In this document: one piece after another, positions 31,801 to 41,625 of the stretch
Layout of the letters: each line of letters begins with the position of its first letter
Numbering within the stretch: position 1 is the stretch's first letter
From: Macrostomum lignano
Taxonomy: Eukaryota
DNA: 64,000 bases
Reading direction: 5' to 3'
Assembly: GCA_002269645.1 (NCBI GenBank)
Contig: NIVC01002752.1
Coordinates: 62,001-126,000, forward strand
The notes under the pieces: generated by a model
The model's input: only the letters and a program-made list of their open reading frames with translations
What the model was told of the DNA's origin: nothing
Databases searched by the model: none
Program-made: the position numbers and the translations under genes

Positions 31801-33231
31801 TATCAGCGATTGTCCATACCAGGTTGTTGTAGACGAACGAGCCGCGGAATTCTGAGGCCGTCTTGAGTCGCCCGACGTGTCTAAAGATGGGAAACAGGAT
31901 TTGGGGAACTCGGGGTAATCTGCTCAAGGTGTCTCAGGTAGGGTGAGAGGAGGACTCAATGTAATCTGCTCAAGGTGTCTCAGGTAGAGTGAGAGGAGGA
32001 CTCAATGTAATCTGCTCAAGGTGTCTCAGGTAGAGTGAGAGGAGGACTCAATGTAATCTGCTCAAAGTGTCTCAGGTAGGGTGAGAGGAGGACTCAATGT
32101 AATCTGCTCAAGGTGCCTCAGGTAGGGTGAGAGGAGGACTCAATGTAATCTGCTCAAGGTGTCTCAGGTAGGGTGAGAGGAGGACTCAATGTAATCTGCT
32201 CAAGGTGCCTCAGGTAGAGTGAGAGGAGGACTCAATGTAATCTGCTCAAGGTGCCTCAGGTAGAGTGAGAGGAGGACTCAATGTAATCTGCTCAAGGTGC
32301 CTCAGGTAGAGTGAGAGGAGGACTCAATGTAATCTGCTCAAGGTGTCTCAGGTAGGGTGAGAGGAGGACTCAATGTAATCTGCTCAAGGTGTCTTAGGTA
32401 GGGTGAGTGGATCAGGACTCAATGTAGTCTGCTCAAGGTGCCTCAGGTAGGGTGAGTGGATCAGGACTCAATGTAATCTGCTCAAGGTGCCTCAGGTAGG
32501 GTGAGTGGATCAGGACTCAATGTAGTCTGCTCAAGGTGCCTCAGGTAGGGTGAGTGGATCAGGACTCAATGTAGTCTGCTCAAGGTGCCTCAGGTAGGGT
32601 GAGAGGAGGGCTCAGTGCAAGGATAGGAGTACACTTACTTGGCCAGATCCTCTTTGCTCTGCCACTCATTCAGATACCACATGCTGTCGTGTCTGGACAG
32701 TCCAGTTCTATGGCTCAGCATGTCGTCAATGGTGACAATCTCGCTGAGTCCGTGATCGGCAAACCAGAAGCTCTGATCTCCAATCAGCTGTTTTATTGGA
32801 GTGCTGAACAAGCTGCAAGATAAATACCGAATGAAATTTGTACTTTTAATTACTTTGTCTCCGGCCGGCTACCGATTTTAGATTTGCTTACCTAAACGAC
32901 TGATTCTTAAGTTGTTCGCGAAGGTGCTTCTCCACTTGAACCAGTGCCGTGCCAAACATTCCTTGCTAACGGAGGCCAGGTACAGCAGCCGTACATCAGT
33001 GTCGGCAATGTCTTTGATCTCGCCGCTAGCCAGCTTCTCCAGTTTGACGCTGAAAATCTCCTGGTTAGCGTGCACCACTGCTGCGTGCAGCTGCGGCACC
33101 GACTGACAGCGCATGGTGCGCTCCAGCACCCGGCGGACTGCCGCGGTGTCCAGCGGGTAATAGGAGGCACCCGCCGCCACCAGCTGCAAGCAGCACAGAA
33201 GGACGAATGCCAGGTTCCACACAGACTGCAT
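28803..33231 (-). CDS. secreted serine beta-lactamase / class C-AmpH-PBP family protein with DUF3471-like C-domain and hydrophobic (GPI-like) tail; ~604 aa after fixing one frameshift
   Basis: Exons 32892-33231, 32639-32812, 31614-31880, 31178-31437, 30122-30425, 28803-29271, all GT-AG. Signal peptide MQSVWNLAFVLLCCLQLVAAG. Motifs: S-V-S-K (Ser codon 32971-32973), TIDDMLSHRTGL, FVYNN (YxN), PLGM, AAGGILAS, FSHGG, GRYANFGFGQV. Ends LAASLSAIVALAVAGGFSALAAI*. Phases need +1 nt near 32960. Confidence 0.9.
29366..29985 (+). repeat. 17-bp minisatellite, arm A (intron 5 of the beta-lactamase-like gene)
   Basis: Unit cacccacctcactcctg. Confidence 0.95.
30499..31149 (-). repeat. 17-bp minisatellite, arm B, inverted relative to arm A (intron 4)
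   Basis: Plus-strand unit gtgggtgcaggagtgag is the reverse complement of arm A. Confidence 0.95.
31915..32610. repeat. 46-bp minisatellite, ~15 units (intron 2)
   Basis: Unit ctcaatgtaatctgctcaaggtgtctcaggtagggtgagaggagga. Confidence 0.95.
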
Positions 33232-33569
33232 TATGCCTAGTTTTGTTGTTTCAGCTGACTGAGTCTTGGACTTTTACTCTGCTAATTGAACAGCTCTAAA
33301 AAAGGTTCTTTTAAGAAAGCTCGTTCGGCAGTGCGGCTTATCTTTTGAGATCTTTTGACTCACTCTTTGTGCTTTGATTGAGTCCAATACGAACTAGAAG
33401 ATAAGATACCAACGAGAGAGCAGCTCACCTTGTGGTACTTTCTCCATTTTATAACCAATTAAATATTTTAAAGTTCAACTTGGTAGTGACGGTTTTGCTG
33501 CTACTAAAATTGACGTGCATAGCTTATGCATTCCATGTAGACGCCTTCGGTTCGCCCTTGTGCCTTTTT

Positions 33570-35830
33570 TGTTTGAAATCTGCCTCTCTCCGCTCTTTTT
33601 GACTTTGAATCTGCCTCTCTCCGCTCTGTCTGACTTTCAATCTGCCCCTCTCCGCTCTGTCTGACTTTCAATCTGCCCCTCTCCGCTCTTTTTGACTTTG
33701 AAATCTGCCTCTCTCCGCTCTTTCTGACTTTCAATCTGCCTCTCTCCGCTCTTTCTGACTTTCAATCTGCCCCTCTCCGCCCTTTCTGACTTTCAATCTG
33801 CCCCTCTCCGCTCTGTCTGACTTTCAATCTGCCCCTCTCCGCTCTTTCTGACTTTCAATCTGCCCCTCTCCGCTCTTTCTGACTTTCAATCTGCCCCTCT
33901 CCGCTCTGTCTGACTTTCAATCTGCCCCTCTCCGCTCTGTCTGACTTTCAATCTGCCTCTCTCCGCTCTTTTTGACTTTGAATCTGCCTCTCTCCGCCCT
34001 TTCTGACTTTCAATCTGCCTCTCTCCGCTCTGTCTGACTTTCAATCTGCCCCTCTCCGCTCTGTCTGACTTTCAATCTGCCCCTCTCCGCTCTGTCTGAC
34101 TTTCAATCTGCCCCTCTCCGCTCTTTTTGACTTTGAATCTGCCTCTCTCCGCCCTTTCTGACTTTCAATCTGCCCCTCTCCGCTCTGTCTGACTTTCAAT
34201 CTGCCCCTCTCCGCTCTGTCTGACTTTCAATCTGCCCCTCTCCGCTCTGTCTGACTTTCAATCTGCCTCTCTCCGCTCTTTTTGACTTTGAATCTGCCTC
34301 TCTCCGCCCTTTCTGACTTTCAATCTGCCTCTCTCCGCTCTTTCTGACTTTCAATCTGCCCCTCTCCGCTCTGTCTGACTTTCAATCTGCCCCTCTCCGC
34401 TCTGTCTGACTTTCAATCTGCCCCTCTCCGCTCTGTCTGACTTTCAATCTGCCTCTCTCCGCTCTTTTTGACTTTGAATCTGCCTCTCTCCGCCCTTTCT
34501 GACTTTCAATCTGCCTCTCTCCGCTCTTTCTGACTTTCAATCTGCCCCTCTCCGCTCTGTCTGACTTTCAATCTGCCCCTCTCCGCTCTTTTTGACTTTG
34601 AATCTGCCTCTCTCCGCCCTTTCTGACTTTCAATCTGCCTCTCTCCGCTCTTTCTGACTTTCAATCTGCCCCTCTCCGCTCTGTCTGACTTTCAATCTGC
34701 CCCTCTCCGCTCTTTCTGACTTTCAATCTGCCCCTCTCCGCTCTTTCTGACTTTCAATCTGCCCCTCTCCGCTCTGTCTGACTTTCAATCTGCCCCTCTC
34801 CGCTCTTTCTGACTTTCAATCTGCCCCTCTCCGCTCTGTCTGACTTTCAATCTGCCCCTCTCCGCTCTTTTTGACTTTGAATCTGCCTCTCTCCGCCCTT
34901 TCTGACTTTCAATCTGCCTCTCTCCGCTCTTTCTGACTTTCAATCTGCCCCTCTCCGCTCTGTCTGACTTTCAATCTGCCCCTCTCCGCTCTTTCTGACT
35001 TTCAATCTGCCCCTCTCCGCTCTTTCTGACTTTCAATCTGCCCCTCTCCGGTCTGTCTGACTTTCAATCTGCCCCTCTCCGCTCTTTCTGACTTTCAATC
35101 TGCCCCTCTCCGCTCTTTCTGACTTTCAATCTGCCCCTCTCCGCTCTTTCTGACTTTCAATCTGCCCCTCTCCGTCCTTTCTGACTTTCAATCTGCCTCT
35201 CTCCGCTCTTTCTGACTTTCAATCTGCCTCTCTCCATCCTTTCTGACTTTCAATCTGCCCCTCTCCGCTCTGTCTGACTTTCAATCTGCCCCTCTCCGCT
35301 CTTTCTGACTTTCAATCTGCCCCTCTCCGCTCTTTCTGACTTTCAATCTGCCCCTCTCCGCTCTTTCTGACTTTCAATCTGCCCCTCTCCGCTCTTTCTG
35401 ACTTTCAATCTGCCTCTCTCCGCTCTTTCTGACTTTCAATCTGCCTCTCTCCGCTCTTTCTGACTTTCAATCTGCCTCTCTCCGTCCTTTCTGACTTTCA
35501 ATCTGCCTCTCTCCGCTCTTTCTGACTTTCAATCTGCCTCTCTCCGCCCTTTCAGTCCTTAACTCTGCCTCTCTCCGCCCATTCAGTCCTTAACTCTGCC
35601 TCTCTCCGCCCTTTCAGTCCTTAACTCTGCCCCTCTCCGCCCTTTCAGTCCTTAACTCTGCCTCTCTCCGCCCATTCAGTCCTTAACTCTGCCTCTCTCC
35701 GCCCTTTCAGTCCTTAACTCTGCCCCTCTCCGCCCATTCAGTCCTTAACTCTGCCTCTCTCCGCCCTTTCTGACTTTCAATCTGCCTCTCTCCGCCCTTT
35801 CTGACTTTCAATCAGCCTCTCTCCGCTCTT
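33570..35830. repeat. 31-bp minisatellite, ~70 units, with higher-order structure
   Basis: Unit tctgactttcaatctgcccctctccgctctt. Confidence 0.96.
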
Positions 35831-36008
35831 TCAGTCCGTAGGGTTTCGACCATAGAATAAGCAAACGCTAGCCAAACAATAATGCTATACCTATAGATTC
35901 AAAACGATCAAAACGATTTTTCATATCTGCACGTCTTGATTAAAGTTGAATAGCTCATATCCGCCAGCCGCAATTCACGCTATGAACTTCATCGTTGCCC
36001 CTATGATA

Positions 36009-36355
36009 TTAAATCAGAGTGCAGCAGGCTTGGTCATCAGCCTGGTCACCATCTGCGTCTGCTGTTGCTACCTGACTGGCGTAATTCTGCAGCTTGGCAT
36101 TGAATCCGCCAAGGTGCATCTTCAGCTTGCAGACAGAGCAATAGTTGGACCTTCAATATCGTTGAGCGCCGCTCTGACTCTCTCTTTGACCTGCAACTCT
36201 CTGCTGCTCTGCTGTCTGCCAGTCTGCCTGCTGCTTGGCATCCTCTGGCGTCAGCAAGTCGTCGCCTCGTCGACTACGGCACTGCAGACGGACGCAGATG
36301 CCGATGAAGCTGATACCACAGCTGATGATGACGGGCAAGGCGACTCCTGAGTCAT
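36009..36355 (-). pseudogene. broken small ORF ending in a CaaX box (ACCTLI*)
   Basis: GC-rich, coding-like island. Acceptor ttgacag precedes an ATG at 36355. Coding-like segments fall in alternating frames, and the last ends gcc tgc tgc act ctg att taa. No family recognised. Confidence 0.4.
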
Positions 36356-36859
36356 GCTGTCAACGCATTTTTGATGATGCTGAAGTATTCTCTTACCTGT
36401 GGTTCCCATCCACCCCTCCGGTCACCGAGAGTTTCTGTCTATGGCTGCAACTTCAGGCTAAAATTGATGTACAAAGACTTAAATAGGCTCAAATCTGTTT
36501 AAAGTCGCCGATTCTATATTCTTGTACTTTTGAGCTACAAATTTCTATGAATAGAAATCGCAGTGACTAGAGGGGTGGGTTGGGTTATAAAACCGAGCAT
36601 CGGCTCTTCTGTGCAATTAACTGCCCTTAATTGGGCAATTTGGTTTGCTCACTAATTGGCCATTTTACGGTGACCAAGTGATTTGTGTGTCAAATGCCCA
36701 TTTGCCTTGGGCAAGTTGTTTTTTGTGTTAGTCTCAAAGCGATGACAGATAATTTCTCTGATTGAGTTTTGAGCTTCTCAGCTGCTTATTAACGTGTGAA
36801 AAGGGACTGACTGCTGGGTGTCTGTCACGTGCCTATGAAATGTCACTGTGGTGTCTGAA

Positions 36860-37320
36860 GGGTCTGTGAGGTGTTTGTAAGGTGTCTGTGAAGTTTCTGT
36901 GAGGTTTCTGTGAGGTGTTTGTAAGGTGTCTGTGAGGTGTCTGTGAGGTGTCTGTGAGGTGTCTGTGAGGTGTCTGTGAGGTGTTTGTAAGGTGTCTGTG
37001 AGGTGTCTGTGAGGTGTCTTTTTGGTGTCTCTGATGGGTATGCTGAGTGTCTGTGAAGTTTCTGTGAGGTGTCTGTGAGGTGTCTGTGAGGTGTCTGTGA
37101 GGTGTCTGTGAGGTGTCTGTGAGGTGTCTGTGAGGTGTCTTTTTGGTGTCTCTGATGGGTATGCTGAGTGTCTGTGAAGTTTCTGTGAGGTGTCTGTGAG
37201 GTGTCTGTGAGGTGTCTGTGAGGTGTCTTTTTGGTGTCTCTGATGGGTCTGCTGGGTGTCTGTGAGGTGTCTGTAGAATGTCTGTGGGGTGTCTGTGAGG
37301 TGTCTATCAGGTGTCTGTTT
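36860..37320. repeat. 11-bp minisatellite
   Basis: Unit tgtgaggtgtc. Confidence 0.92.
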
Positions 37321-37969
37321 GTATCTGTCTGCTGAGTGTCTGAGGGATTCTGCTGAACTGGATGGAGTCTCCTAGAACTGAACGCTGACTCCATCCCGTT
37401 TTTGATGGGTCGAGCATTCAATTATGCGACTTTATAATTTGAAATAAAAATTCTGTTCATCATCAAGAATTTTATTTGGTACTGACAGGTAATTCATACA
37501 ATCGACTCCCAATATCAGGTCCTACCGATCTGATTTTTGTCAATGTCAGTAAAAATCAACTTTGTAGTAAGAATGAAAAAAAAAGTTGCACTCATTCCCA
37601 AATCCCGGGCTCCTGTGCTTGTGGACAAGAAATTTTCGATACAATGGACCCCCTGTGGAGAGCGGCGCAAATGCGGTGGGTGCAACAGCAAGTGTTACGC
37701 AATCAATGCTTGAAGACCGAAGTCTTCATTCGAAGTTGTGTGTTTCTGTCTCCCTCCCCAAGTCTGTCAGTTAAACGGGCCTGCAAGTCCTCAGTCAGTT
37801 TAGTGTCTTTAAAAATTAAAATTCAAAACTACATATTGACGCGGTTCTCTTGCAGTTTTTCCTTAAAATAATCGTCCATAAAAATATCGAATTGTGAGGG
37901 GGGGCAAGCCCCTCTTGTTAATAGAGGATTTGGTTTGACTTTAAAGGTTAAAAGTTTGTTCCGCAGTCA

Positions 37970-38055
37970 ACAACAACAATGACAATAAAAACCACAAGGA
38001 CGACTGCATAAACGAAAGCGACAACAACAACAACAACAAAAACTAAAATTACAAT

Positions 38056-38087
<32 letters not shown>

Positions 38088-38100
38088 AAACAACAAACAG
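37970..38100. repeat. (AAC)n-rich microsatellite upstream of the LINE fragment
   Basis: Direct inspection. Confidence 0.9.
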
Positions 38101-38101
38101 C

Positions 38102-38545
38102 AATGAGAGAGCTGAGTACGCCAAATTCAGAGTTGGACACAGCACAGGCCTTAGAGCCTATGCCAACCGGCTGGGCCTGTACGACTCCGATACCTGCAGA
38201 CTTTGTATGATGGCACCGGAGACTAACACCCACGTAGCGCTGGAGTGCGCCAAGATGGAAAAGGATCGCCGACCCCTCGGTATCACGTGCCTCGCAGACC
38301 TGTGCAGCAGCCCCGACGCCGGTCGAAAACTTTGGACGGAGTTTAAGGAAAGAGTTAGAGAGGTGGATGGAGCGACTTCCCACGACTAAAAAAAACAACA
38401 ACAGCAACAACAACAACAACAATAGCAACAACAGTAGCAACAGCAACAAAAATAGCAACAAAAACAACAGCAACAAAAACAACAATAACAACAACAACGA
38501 CAACAACAACAACAACAATAAAAAATACTACAACAATGACAACAT
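38102..38545 (+). mobile_element. 5'-truncated non-LTR retrotransposon (LINE, I-group-like) 3' end with (AAC)n tail
   Basis: Frame reads AEYAKFRVGHSTGLRAYANRLGLYDSDTCRLCMMAPETNTHVALECAK...SHD* (stop 38389). It has the RxGH motif and a CX2CX8HX4C zinc knuckle typical of LINE ORF2 C-termini, followed directly by A7 and AAC repeats. Confidence 0.85.
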
Positions 38546-39124
38546 TAGCTTCTTTCCATCGAGCTTCGGGCTCTCAATCCTCCAAAAAATAAAATAAAAA
38601 TGAGTTCAATTATGACTCCCGTGCTGACAGCTCAGGTCCTGGCCCATATTCAGTATTCAAAAGAACAGGAAGATTGGATCGAGAGCTTCATAAAGTCGAG
38701 TCCGAGTCAAGAGGATTGGAATTAGTTGCCAGGGCAGTCTTAATGAAAAATCCCCAGTTTTTTAAGTGGACTGACTATCAGTGCTCTAACCAGCTTTAAG
38801 TGGTTAGGAAATTAATTTATATGGATATTGGTTGACTTCATTTCGATAATTTTTTAGGTGAAGAGGGACCAGAACCTGGCACCGACTGTCCCACCAGGTG
38901 CGAAATTTTGCTATTTATTGATAAGCAGAACTGTGATCCTAAAATGGGAGGATAGGCCATTAGCAACTTTTTTATCAATCATTCCCCTAAGATGCCGCCA
39001 TCGTGAGTGGTTAGTGGTTTCTAAGGCAAAAACAATGCATTGATGAGAAATCTGATACAACTTACTCGCAATGACATAAGCTAGCGCCTTCTGAATAATC
39101 TCTCTCAAAGGTAGATTAAAGTTC

Positions 39125-39541
39125 AGAATAGAATAGAATAGAATAGAATAGAATAGAATAGAATAGAATATAATAGAATAGAATAGAATAGAATAGAATA
39201 GAATAGAATAGAATAGAATAGAATAGAATAGAATAGAATAGAATAGAATAGAATAGAATAGAATAGAATAGAATAGAATAGAATAGAATAGAATAGAATA
39301 GAATAGAATAGAATAGAATAGAATAGAATAGAATAGAATAGAATAGAATAGAATAGAATAGAATAGAATAGAATAGAATAGAATAGAATAGAATAGAATA
39401 GAATAGAATAGAATAGAATAGAATAGAATAGAATAGAATAGAATAGAATAGAATAGAATAGAATAGAATAGAATAGAATAGAATAGAATAGAATAGAATA
39501 GAATAGAATAGAATAGAATAGAATAGAATAAAATAGAATAG
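39125..39541. repeat. (AATAG)n pentanucleotide microsatellite, ~83 units
   Basis: Direct inspection. Confidence 0.98.
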
Positions 39542-40109
39542 TGGTGGTGAGTCAGAACCCTTCTCCTCATCATTAAGCATCCAACCAGCGAAGCATAATA
39601 GCTGAGATCGGAATTCATGAGCAACTCAAACTCGCAACTGGAATTAACGCGAGTAACAAAGCCAATCTAAATAAGTGAGCGAGCGAGATCGAGTGGGCAC
39701 TCTATCAAACTGAATGTTTAGTCTGATTCAGATAGCTAATTTAATAGTAAAGTCAGTTAATTGCATCCCCAATTTTAGCAAGCCGCCCTGCCAGACAAGG
39801 GTGTGCTTGATTTTGCTCTAGTTTAATCACTGCTGACAAATAAAGTTTGACGTCAAAACACACAACGCAACGGGGATTGCTGTTAGCTTGAAAACGCAAA
39901 ACCGCTGTGGGCTTAATTCGGCACCTTTTTGAGCTGAGGGGAGGCGTTTACCTTTTATGGTTAGCACTGACACCTTTTTGACAATCGAAAGGAGCTGCTG
40001 CTCTTTTGAGGCTGGAAGCCAAAAATCGGAAGGTGTGAAGCGAGAGGTGTGAGCACCGCTGGCAAACAAGCGGGGAGAGGAGAGCTTTGGTGCAGAGTTG
40101 ACCACTGAG

Positions 40110-40810
40110 AAGGATGGGGGAATTAGGAGTAGAATGATAAGATATGAGAAAGAGAAGGGGACAGAGAATGCAGAGGGGAGAAATGTAGAGGAGGGAGAGA
40201 AAAGAGAGATGAGAAAGGAGAGAGGGAGAGGGGAGAGGGGAAAGACGGAGAGGGAGAGAGGGGAGAGAGGAAGAGAGGAGAGGGGGAGAGGGGAGAGAGG
40301 GAGAGGAGGGAGGGGGTGAGGGGAAGGGGAGAGGGGAGAGAGGAGAGAGGAGAGAGGAGAGAGGGAGAGGGAGAGGGGAGAGGGGAGAGCGGAGAGAGGG
40401 AGAGGGAGAGGGGGAGAGGGGAGAGAGGAGAGAGGGAGATGGGAGAGGTGGGAGAGGGAGAGGGGGGAGGGGGTGAAGGGAGAGGGGGAGAGGGGAGAGA
40501 GGAGAGAGGGAGAGAGGAGAGAGGGAGAGGGAGAGGGAGAGGGAGAGGGGAGAAGGGGAGAGAAGAGAGAGGGAGAGGGAGAGGGAGAGGGGAGAGGGGA
40601 GAGAGGAGAGAGGGAGATGGGAGAGGTGGGAGAGGGAGAGGGGGGAGGGGGTGAAGGGAGAGGGGGAGAGGGGAGAGAGGAGAGAGGGAGAGAGGAGAGA
40701 GGGAGAGGGAGAGGGAGAGGGGAGAGGGGAGAAGGGGAGAGAAGAGAGAGGGAGAGGGAGAGGGAGAGGGGAGAGGGGAGAGACGGAGAGGGGAGAGGGG
40801 AGAGGAGGGA
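40110..40810. repeat. GA-rich polypurine tract
   Basis: gagaggggagaggga-type low complexity with an internal ~180-bp duplication. Confidence 0.9.
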
Positions 40811-41625
40811 GAGTCCTCAAACCCCAAAGCGCTGACACGGTAACGCAGATGTTTTTAAGCGAAGTGCCGATATTTCGAGTTCGGTTACTTTTCGTCAGGG
40901 CAGAATGCGAGTAAAATTTATTTGGCACAAATTGCCGCCAATATTTAAAGTCGATAACGTCAGGGAGAAGAGGGAGAGGGTTTGAGGGAGAGAAGGAGAG
41001 GGAGGCGCATGTACAATCCACGATAAATAGCCGAATGAACAAAAAGAAGAGGAGCCGATATTCTAATAAAAGGAATTTTCAATATTTGAAGAAAAGAGAG
41101 ATAGCATTGGGAGAGAGGGGGAGAGATGGTTTGAAAAGAGGCCAGGGCAGAGAAAGAGAGGAGAAAAAGTAAAAATTTTAGAAGAGAATAAAACAGTTTG
41201 GCTATTTCCCAATTCCCTGTGTCAGCTCTAGAGATGAAGAGAGCATAAGATGGTATTTTTTAACAAGCAGAGAATTTGCAGCAGCCCTCAATTACACGAA
41301 AGCAGCTGCACAGCAACCTATCGAAAACCAAGGATACAGAATAAAGGCATGTAATTAAAAGCCAATTTCAGAACCATGGCCTCACGATGAAATTCGAGGG
41401 CTATTCGAATAGAAGAAGCCTGACTGTCTTGACAAGTCGCGTGACCGAGAAGGGGTCTCAGGCGGATTCTGAAACAAAAATTTCTTAACCTTCACTGAAC
41501 CCCTAGGGGCATGATTTGTGCAGACACACACACACACGCACACAAGATAAAGCTACTTTGCTATCAGGACCTGCAGTCAGGCAAAACAAAACAAGTAATT
41601 ATGATTGGATTTTCAGACTTCATTA

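Noticed and set aside
28803-33231. Bacterial contamination or recent horizontal transfer as the source of the beta-lactamase-like gene
   Set aside because: It has five GT-AG introns with host-type satellites, a eukaryotic signal peptide, a GPI-like tail and a polyA signal. Any bacterial origin must be old and needs a phylogeny.
35950-35995. Possible SECIS hairpin downstream of the in-frame TGA at ~36153 (minus strand ATGA-AGTTCATA...TATGAGCT)
   Set aside because: An 8-bp stem can form, but the 3' GA of the non-Watson-Crick quartet is missing, so selenocysteine is not supported.
35946-36350. 134-aa hydrophobic plus-strand ORF
   Set aside because: It has a non-ATG start and is the codon mirror of the coding-like minus-strand frame; there is no independent support.
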